DNA from: a virus
Lineage: Duplodnaviria; Heunggongvirae; Uroviricota; Caudoviricetes
Direction: 5' to 3' (one strand)
Virus record (IMG/VR): IMGVR_UViG_2778261639_000018
Length of the DNA stretch: 4,432 bases
The notes under the pieces were generated by a model. The model did no database searches and was not told the DNA's origin. It was given only the letters and a program-made list of their open reading frames with translations. The translations under genes were made by a program, and so were the position numbers. How positions within the stretch are numbered: position 1 is the first letter of the stretch; each line of letters begins with the position of its first letter. Positions 1 to 4,432 of this stretch are shown here, in pieces.

Positions 1-23
1 GAAAAACGAGTATTTTTAGTCAT
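1..23 (-). CDS. 5' end of a further minus-strand gene running off the left edge (partial, product unknown)
   Basis: ATG at complement 21-23 with an AAGAGGT Shine-Dalgarno about 8 nt upstream (complement of 31-37). Only 7 codons (MTKNTRF) lie inside the window, so the product cannot be judged. Confidence 0.3.
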
Positions 24-74
24 TCTGTTTACCTCTTTCTCAGGGAGTTTAGTCTCCAGGATTCCCGGGGCGGT

Positions 75-1274
75 TCATAATGAGTTATTCCAGGTATTCT
101 TTAAGTTCCCTAACATTGTCTGCGTAGAGTCCTGAATAGCTTTCCAGCCACCTCTGGAATTAATCTGTGAACCAAGTTCTTTAGCAAATTTAGGAAGTGC
201 ATCAGAGGCTTTAACATCACCATTTTTCATCTTATCGAAAAGCTGTTTTTCAGTCAGACCTAAAGCCTTTGCAAATGCCTGAGTAGCACCCGGTAAAGCT
301 TCAGATAGTTGCCCCTTCAACTCCTCAGCCATCACCTGACCCTTAGAAGCCATCTGTGACACTGCGGTTAATGCTCTTTGAATCTGCTCATCTGAACGAC
401 CCATTAGACGGGCGTAACCTGTAAGGTTTTTAAATAACTCTTCTGACCCTTCAAGACCCATCGTAGTCGTTGCACTTGCACCAAATGAAGCAAATTGCGC
501 TTGTGTTTCGGTTGTGTCCATACCAGTAATTTGAGTTAAATCCTGAATGAACTTTTTAACCTGTGTACTTTGGTCACCGAATACGAAATCAATACTTCTT
601 TCCGATGATGCACGCTGTAAACCAACTTCCATTACTCGCTGATAAGCGGATAGTACAGCCTGAAAGCTGATAAATGCACCTGCTGTTTTAACTGCCGCTG
701 AACTTAAATTATCAAGACTATTAGCTGCTTTGTCACTATTAATGCTGGTGGATGTATGACCTCTGGCTTTAGCAATTGCTTCTCGTACACTTGAATTTAG
801 TTTAGCAAGGGCTTCATTAAACTTGGTGTTATCCATCTGACCAGCTTTACTAGCTAGCCCATAAAACTGACTCTTAATGTATTTCTCGACAATTGGGTTA
901 AGACCTTTTAGCTTAGACATATTCGCTGAATAAGCTGCTGTGATTGCTCTGTTGCCGCTAATTCGTGGCTGTCTTGGCTGTCTAAGTGGCTTTAAAGTAT
1001 CCTCAATTTCCGTTTTAATCTTAAACGCTCTAGTGTTTTTAAGACGCTGCTCAATCTTGTCAAAGGTCTTATTAAACTTCCTTTCAAGTTGCCCTAAAGA
1101 ACTTGTCAGATTGCTGTCAAGTTGCTTGGTATCGACCTTAAACGCTCTATTCAAATTACGTTCAATTCTTTGTGCTGACTGCAAAGCTGCCTTTTCAACT
1201 CTTTGCAAGCCCTTAATAACGTTCTCGCTGAAGCCTAGCTCAACGATAAAACTATCAACTGTGAATTTGCTCAT
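75..1274 (-). CDS. 399-aa protein with N-terminal coiled-coil region and C-terminal tape-measure-like domain (tentative phage tail tape-measure-related protein)
   Basis: Complete ORF with ATG start at complement 1272-1274 and GAGGTGA Shine-Dalgarno about 10 nt upstream; TGA stop at 75-77. The N-terminal ~120 residues are highly charged and heptad-like. Residues ~300-380 (GQVMAEELKGQLSEALPGATQAFAKALGLTEKQLFDKMKNGDVKASDALPKFAKELG) resemble, from memory, the conserved tape-measure domain of phage tail length proteins. At 399 aa it is short for a full tape-measure protein. Gene confidence is high; product confidence is moderate to low. Confidence 0.75.
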   Translation of the reverse strand: MSKFTVDSFIVELGFSENVIKGLQRVEKAALQSAQRIERNLNRAFKVDTKQLDSNLTSSLGQLERKFNKTFDKIEQRLKNTRAFKIKTEIEDTLKPLRQPRQPRISGNRAITAAYSANMSKLKGLNPIVEKYIKSQFYGLASKAGQMDNTKFNEALAKLNSSVREAIAKARGHTSTSINSDKAANSLDNLSSAAVKTAGAFISFQAVLSAYQRVMEVGLQRASSERSIDFVFGDQSTQVKKFIQDLTQITGMDTTETQAQFASFGASATTTMGLEGSEELFKNLTGYARLMGRSDEQIQRALTAVSQMASKGQVMAEELKGQLSEALPGATQAFAKALGLTEKQLFDKMKNGDVKASDALPKFAKELGSQINSRGGWKAIQDSTQTMLGNLKNTWNNSL

Positions 1275-1364
1275 TCATATTTTTCACCTCTTTAAGCGTG
1301 AGCTACGTAAATTCTATTTTTCAGTGTGGATATTAGCTTTACAGATTTCATGTAGCACACATAC

Positions 1365-1405
1365 AAAAAAAGGAGAAACTACCGATGTCACTCGATAATC
1401 TCTCC
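1365..1405 (-). terminator. Weak terminator-like hairpin plus T7 tract downstream of the 71-aa gene
   Basis: On the minus strand a GGAGA/TCTCC stem (plus 1372-1376 and 1401-1405; extendable with G-U pairs) is followed directly by seven T (complement of the A-run 1365-1371). The stem is short and the loop is 24 nt, so this is a weak call. Confidence 0.3.
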
Positions 1406-1455
1406 CCGTACTATAGATTCGATAGAACCTATCTCATACACCCAACCAATCTTTT

Positions 1456-1671
1456 TTAATGCCTGACAAGATAATGTAGTTCCGTTTCACCTATAATTTG
1501 AGCATCGGAAGGGATACGGTCGATACACCACTTTGGAATCTTGCGTGTTTTTGGTTTGCGTGAGGTGATAATTTGATGTTTGGTTTTAATTCTTAAGGCT
1601 GGCTTAGTTTGTAACTTTAAGTTTTCACAAACAGACTTAATAGTTTCATAGCGTTCTGTTAAATCAATCAT
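1456..1671 (-). CDS. 71-aa basic hypothetical protein
   Basis: ATG at complement 1669-1671 with GAGGTGA Shine-Dalgarno about 5 nt upstream; it starts 22 nt after the stop of the 234-aa gene. Lys/Arg-rich (about 15 K/R against about 8 D/E by my count). No recognisable family. Confidence 0.55.
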   Translation of the reverse strand: MIDLTERYETIKSVCENLKLQTKPALRIKTKHQIITSRKPKTRKIPKWCIDRIPSDAQIIGETELHYLVRH

Positions 1672-1693
1672 TCATCACCTCACATATGCATAA

Positions 1694-2398
1694 TTAAACA
1701 GCCTTGCTAAATTCTCGTGGAACACTCAGAAAATCATTGAAGCTGATAATCTGTGCCAACTCTTGACGGTACTCCTTAGCCAGCGCTTGATGGTCACTAA
1801 TCAGCTTAGCCAGTCTTGATTTCAGCAAATTAATCTCATTTTCTCTTGCTTTCATCAGTTTCTCTTTGGCAATTTCTTCAAGCTCAGCTTGTGATTTATC
1901 AGCAACAATTAGAGACAGTTGATGTGGCGCTCTGATGGCCCTTTCCGTACGAATAACCCTTTGACCTTCTGGTAAATCTGCAATCACTTTACCAATCTCT
2001 ACAGGGTCATACCCCCAACCGTCACGGTCTAGTCGAGAGAAATAAGCATAAGAATTGGTTTGAAGCTCCATCAAAATAGCCATTTCGTCGATTTCGTCTT
2101 CAAGCTTGGACTGAATTTTCTCGTAAACACTTCTCATTGCTTCTTGAGAGTCTTTAATAGCTTGGAAATATCGGCGTTGCAGCTTCAGTTTCAAATCAAG
2201 CTCACATTCCTCATTCATCGAAAAATCAATTTCAACTCTTGGAATCTCGAGTGGTTCTGGTGGAATATATGGACCTTTATTTACTTCGTGTGATTCCCGC
2301 CAAGCTCTATCAAAAGATTCACGCAAACTTAATTCGTGAATATCAAGTGCACTTGGTTTGTTTTCGATAATCATTTCATGTTCATCACGGATAGACAT
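1694..2398 (-). CDS. 234-aa acidic, coiled-coil-rich hypothetical protein
   Basis: ATG at complement 2396-2398 with AAGAGGA Shine-Dalgarno about 10 nt upstream; TAA stop at 1694-1696. Highly charged and net acidic (roughly 46 D/E against 34 K/R by my count), with a heptad-like C-terminal third (EINLLKSRLAKLISDHQALAKEYRQELAQI). No catalytic motif recognised. Confidence 0.75.
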   Translation of the reverse strand: MSIRDEHEMIIENKPSALDIHELSLRESFDRAWRESHEVNKGPYIPPEPLEIPRVEIDFSMNEECELDLKLKLQRRYFQAIKDSQEAMRSVYEKIQSKLEDEIDEMAILMELQTNSYAYFSRLDRDGWGYDPVEIGKVIADLPEGQRVIRTERAIRAPHQLSLIVADKSQAELEEIAKEKLMKARENEINLLKSRLAKLISDHQALAKEYRQELAQIISFNDFLSVPREFSKAV

Positions 2399-2507
2399 TA
2401 TTATTTTTCCTCTTCTAAGATAATTTATGTTTCAGTTTTTAAAAAGCACACCTGACAGCCTACGAACTTAGAAGAGACTTAAAAGGCGTTTGCCAAGTAT
2501 GCTTTTT

Positions 2508-2560
2508 AAAAGCTGAAAAAAGCCCTAAACATAGGTTCATCCTCATCTGTGAAGGGCTTT
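2508..2560 (-). terminator. Terminator-like hairpin A (8-bp stem AAAGCCCT/AGGGCTTT, 26-nt loop) followed by a T-tract on the minus strand
   Basis: Stem 2519-2526 pairs with 2553-2560. On the minus strand the stem is followed by TTTCAGCTTTT. The loop is long for a canonical intrinsic terminator, so a protein-binding dyad is an alternative reading. Confidence 0.4.
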
Positions 2561-2627
2561 GAAGGTTTGCTTTAACGTTAACGAAGTTTCAGGAAAAACT
2601 TTCTTTAAAAGCTCTGTTTAAAAACTC

Positions 2628-2659
2628 TTAAAGAAAACGCCCTAATCATGAGTTAGGGC
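2628..2659 (-). terminator. Rho-independent terminator B for the leftward three-gene operon
   Basis: Perfect 7-bp stem GCCCTAA (2639-2645) / TTAGGGC (2653-2659) with a 7-nt loop. On the minus strand it is followed immediately by GTTTTCTTT. There is no T-tract on the plus-strand side, so the orientation is minus. Confidence 0.55.
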
Positions 2660-2957
2660 AAAGCTGTAAGGGTTCAATAATGAATGATTAAGCACTTTTT
2701 GAGATGACCTCTCAGACTAAACTGAAAGGCCATGACGAAAAGCATTGCACCTTTCCAACTCAGAATATCCATCCATCGGATTATTGAAAATATGATTTTA
2801 GGAAAAATTGCTCTTCCTATATATACAATTATGTCATGCTTAAGATTATTTGTCAACAGCTTTTTAACAGATTGGTAACATCAATTTTTATTTACCGCGT
2901 TGCCCACCCAGCAACCAACAAATAAACCTAAAGCTGTCCAAGCAATTATCAATCCCA

Positions 2958-3281
2958 TTAGTGAACCCTCATAGAATCCGTCACCAGAATATTATCGCTG
3001 TGCAGGATTGTCACAGCACCTTTCAAAAATTGCTCTGGGGAAATACTGTATTTGTTCGTTTGCTCGATAATCAATCTTTTCATGTTCGAATCTGAAATTG
3101 GTAGCATCATTCGAGGCTCGTTAAACTCCACCGACTGAATAAAGTCAGAGATGTTTTCTGCATTATCAGCCATTAACTCTAACAACTTATCAAAGTCAAT
3201 GCTAACACCTACATCAGTGAAAGCCTGAATCATCATGGCGGTGTCGGTATCAATAAAAATCTGTAGTGGGAAATTATTCAT
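2958..3281 (-). CDS. 107-aa acidic hypothetical protein
   Basis: The ORF track extends this frame to 3404 via a TTG codon. I prefer the ATG at complement 3279-3281 (MNNFPLQ...), which has a TAGGAT Shine-Dalgarno about 8 nt upstream. An alternative ATG at 3305 lacks a Shine-Dalgarno. About 16 D/E against 7 K/R by my count; no transmembrane segment or known motif. Confidence 0.65.
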   Translation of the reverse strand: MNNFPLQIFIDTDTAMMIQAFTDVGVSIDFDKLLELMADNAENISDFIQSVEFNEPRMMLPISDSNMKRLIIEQTNKYSISPEQFLKGAVTILHSDNILVTDSMRVH

Positions 3282-3338
3282 TTTTAAAATCCTATAAAAA
3301 CACATCTTAAATCTGCCAAAATAGCCATTCTGAGGCCA

Positions 3339-3355
3339 GTAACCATGCGGGTTAC
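3339..3355. repeat. Perfect 6-bp palindrome GTAACC-N5-GGTTAC
   Basis: Read directly: GTAACC at 3339-3344 and GGTTAC at 3350-3355. It sits in the 161-bp spacer between the 141-aa and 107-aa genes. Confidence 0.5.
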
Positions 3356-3360
3356 AGAGG

Positions 3361-3407
3361 GAGTTGCACTGGCTGGTAATGTAATTTATCAAATTAAGGT
3401 GCAACTC
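3361..3407. repeat. 9-bp perfect inverted repeat GAGTTGCAC / GTGCAACTC enclosing a nested AT-rich 6-bp palindrome
   Basis: GAGTTGCAC at 3361-3369 pairs with GTGCAACTC at 3399-3407. The inner pair is TAATTT (3382-3387) / AAATTA (3391-3396). No T-tract follows on either strand, so this is not a canonical terminator; an operator or RNA processing structure is more likely. Confidence 0.5.
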
Positions 3408-3442
3408 TGCCTGTAAAGTGCATTCTACCGTTACTTAGATGG

Positions 3443-3868
3443 TTATTTTGAATTGTCTTTATTAATCAATGATTTAACGTAGAAATACTGTCTCCGTGAA
3501 ATACCATATTTTTCTGTAATGTATCGCTGAGATTGACCAGCATTTATGGCCTGAGTGATATCATCACGGTTATAGCGGTTACCACGGGATTTATATTTGT
3601 CACCATCCACATCTTCTGAGGTATTGAAGTCTTCAATCAGCTTAATTGCATCGTGAAGGTCATCTTCTGAGGCATAATCGAAGGTATGGATAATCTCAAA
3701 ATCACCAGTATCTGCTGGTGCATTCTTCCATCTGGAGAAGCGGGATTTTAATTGCTGGTGTGTGAAGGGTTCAGCATTACGAGTTAAATCTTTCCATGTT
3801 CCGTTATTCTCACGGACAAGATGACCTCTATGGCGATAAAACGCATGATAATCAAATGTGCATAGCAT
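3443..3868 (-). CDS. 141-aa DNA-binding protein with C-terminal helix-turn-helix, tentatively Mor/C-family (Mu middle/late activator-like)
   Basis: ATG at complement 3866-3868 overlaps the stop of the upstream gene (TAATG), and a GGAGG Shine-Dalgarno lies in the last codons of that gene. The C-terminal segment RDDITQAINAGQSQRYITEKYGISRRQYFYV aligns without gaps to my recollection of the phage Mu Mor C-terminal HTH (RDLRIWNDFNGRNVSELTTRYGVTFNTVYKA) at R, D, G, T, K/R, YG, I/V, S/T and an aromatic pair. This is recall, not a search result. Confidence 0.7.
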   Translation of the reverse strand: MLCTFDYHAFYRHRGHLVRENNGTWKDLTRNAEPFTHQQLKSRFSRWKNAPADTGDFEIIHTFDYASEDDLHDAIKLIEDFNTSEDVDGDKYKSRGNRYNRDDITQAINAGQSQRYITEKYGISRRQYFYVKSLINKDNSK

Positions 3869-4158
3869 TAAACCTCCAATTTATCAGCAAGCTTGCAAAC
3901 CTTATCGCTCAAGACCTGAATCATTGAGCAGCCTGTACCTTTAGTTTGTGTTCTCAGTTCATCCAATTGCTCTACTGTGATACGGATAGCCTTAGAACCC
4001 TCTGCAACGTCCTTGATAGCGTCAAACGGTGTAAGGGCTGTGTGTTCCTTCAGAATCTCACCAACAAGTGCTGTGTGGCTCATGGCTGGGTATTTGTCTT
4101 TGATTGCTGCCAGTCTGGAATATGCCTCTGGCAAAAGGCGCGTAACTGTGTGTCTCAT
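3868..4158 (-). CDS. 96-aa ribbon-helix-helix-type DNA-binding protein, apparently two tandem RHH-like repeats
   Basis: ATG at complement 4156-4158 with AAGGA Shine-Dalgarno about 7 nt upstream; it is the first gene downstream of the divergent promoter. Residues ~2-40 (RHTVTRLLPEAYSRLAAIKDKYPAMSHTALVGEILKEH) and ~58-90 (IRITVEQLDELRTQTKGTGCSMIQVLSDKV) both fit the beta-strand / helix / G-x-S-T turn / helix pattern of Arc, CopG and TraY-type proteins. Confidence 0.7.
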   Translation of the reverse strand: MRHTVTRLLPEAYSRLAAIKDKYPAMSHTALVGEILKEHTALTPFDAIKDVAEGSKAIRITVEQLDELRTQTKGTGCSMIQVLSDKVCKLADKLEV

Positions 4159-4194
4159 TAAATTTTCCTTCTTAAAATCTTTGACTTATAACTA

Positions 4195-4223
4195 ACTTTA
4201 ACATATTTATAACATATTGTCAA
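4195..4223 (-). promoter_or_regulatory. Sigma70-like promoter for the leftward RHH operon
   Basis: On the minus strand: perfect -35 TTGACA (complement of 4218-4223), 17-nt spacer, -10 TAAAGT (complement of 4195-4200; 4 of 6). The predicted start is about 30 nt upstream of the ATG at 4158. Confidence 0.45.
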
Positions 4224-4241
4224 CATCTCATTTACATGATA
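4198..4241. promoter_or_regulatory. Four AACAT/TACAT iterons at exact 11-bp spacing (candidate operator)
   Basis: ACAT cores at 4201-4204, 4212-4215, 4223-4226 and 4234-4237. The first two units share TAACATATT. The array overlaps the -35 elements of both divergent promoters. TTATAAC also recurs at 4186-4192 and 4207-4213. Confidence 0.45.
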
Positions 4242-4245
4242 TTAT
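4217..4245 (+). promoter_or_regulatory. Rightward sigma70-like promoter with extended -10
   Basis: -35 TTGTCA at 4217-4222, 17-nt spacer, TG at 4237-4238 and -10 TATTAT at 4240-4245. A second weaker candidate upstream is TTGACT (4181-4186) with TATTTA (4204-4209) after 17 nt. Confidence 0.5.
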
Positions 4246-4295
4246 GGTTATAGGGGCTGATACAGGTCATTCCCTTTGATAAATAAGGGGAATTA

Positions 4296-4432
4296 ATGGG
4301 CTTTCTTGAAACAATTGCTGAATCTCACAGATTCGCAAGCTTAGGTTGCTTTGTGCTGATGAATCCCCTAATGATTTTGGTAAAAATCATTAAGTTAAGG
4401 TGGATACACATCTTGTCATATGATCAAATGGT
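4296..4432 (+). CDS. Possible 5' end of a rightward gene running off the right edge (partial, product unknown)
   Basis: ATG at 4296-4298 with AAGGGG Shine-Dalgarno 5 nt upstream, about 43 nt downstream of the rightward promoter. The frame stays open for 45 codons to the window edge (MGFLETIAESHRFASLGCFVLMNPLMILVK...). It is hydrophobic, has no recognisable motif, and could be non-coding leader. Confidence 0.3.
   Translation, partial: MGFLETIAESHRFASLGCFVLMNPLMILVKIIKLRWIHILSYDQM

Noticed and set aside
940-1398. 152-aa plus-strand ORF from the six-frame track
   Set aside because: It begins with GTG, lies almost entirely antisense within the well-supported 399-aa minus-strand gene, has no Shine-Dalgarno, and its translation is low-complexity (Leu/Ser/Cys-rich), typical of a shadow ORF.
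2060-2293. 77-aa plus-strand ORF
   Set aside because: TTG start, fully antisense to the 234-aa gene, no Shine-Dalgarno, hydrophobic low-complexity translation; shadow ORF.
1456-2398. Tail-chaperone G/GT-style programmed frameshift between the 234-aa and 71-aa genes
   Set aside because: The 71-aa frame has a TGA immediately upstream of its ATG (complement of 1672-1674), so ribosomes shifting out of the 234-aa frame cannot run into it. The 71-aa gene has its own Shine-Dalgarno and start.
2519-2659. Lambda boxB-like (nut site) reading of the GCCCT/AGGGC stems
   Set aside because: The stem sequence matches lambda boxB, but the loops are 26 and 7 nt, not the 5-nt GAAAA-type loop, and no boxA-like element is adjacent. 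Terminator or dyad operator readings fit better.
2674-2856. 60-aa minus-strand ORF in the long intergenic gap
   Set aside because: Starts with TTG and has no Shine-Dalgarno; the internal ATG (complement 2770-2772) also lacks one. Its hydrophobic look is what AT-rich DNA gives in any frame. Retained only as a low-probability small peptide.
2732-2878. 48-codon plus-strand ORF (MTKSIAPF...) antisense to the 60-aa ORF
   Set aside because: The GAAAGG ahead of the ATG is only 2 nt away, too close for a functional Shine-Dalgarno; no promoter is evident; AT-rich region.
2399-2957. Retron msr/msd, CRISPR array or tRNA in the long non-coding gap
   Set aside because: No reverse transcriptase ORF (no YxDD motif in any frame product), no regularly spaced direct repeats with unique spacers, and the GGTTCA-type T-loop look-alikes near 2534 and 2670 lack a matching acceptor stem or cloverleaf.
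3282-3404. N-terminal extension of the 107-aa gene to a 148-aa ORF
   Set aside because: The extension starts at a TTG with no Shine-Dalgarno and would read through the two palindromes. The ATG at 3281 has a proper Shine-Dalgarno.
3946-4195. Two overlapping plus-strand ORFs (3946-4161 and 3977-4195)
   Set aside because: TTG and GTG starts, antisense to the well-supported RHH gene, Cys-rich low-complexity translations; shadow ORFs.

Overview
AT-rich window (roughly 40% GC by eye) that reads like a phage or prophage segment; I could not run any searches, so every product call rests on motif recognition from memory. All six complete genes lie on the minus strand and are transcribed right to left. 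A compact divergent promoter region (about 4181-4253) carries four AACAT iterons at exact 11-bp spacing over back-to-back promoter elements. Leftward from it runs a three-gene operon: a 96-aa protein with two tandem ribbon-helix-helix-like repeats, a 141-aa protein with a Mor/C-type C-terminal helix-turn-helix (stop/start overlap TAATG with the gene before it), and a 107-aa acidic protein. A 560-bp non-coding gap follows, holding two related GC-stemmed hairpins that share the heptamer GCCCTAA and are each followed by a T-tract on the minus strand. The second block encodes a 234-aa acidic coiled-coil protein, a 71-aa basic protein and a 399-aa protein whose C-terminal part resembles a tail tape-measure domain. 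A further gene starts at complement 23 and runs off the left edge, and a possible rightward gene starts at 4296. No rRNA, tRNA, CRISPR array, integrase or transposase is evident. I see no hallmark catalytic motif of a known defence system; the most interesting candidate is the iteron-controlled RHH / Mor-like / acidic-protein cassette.
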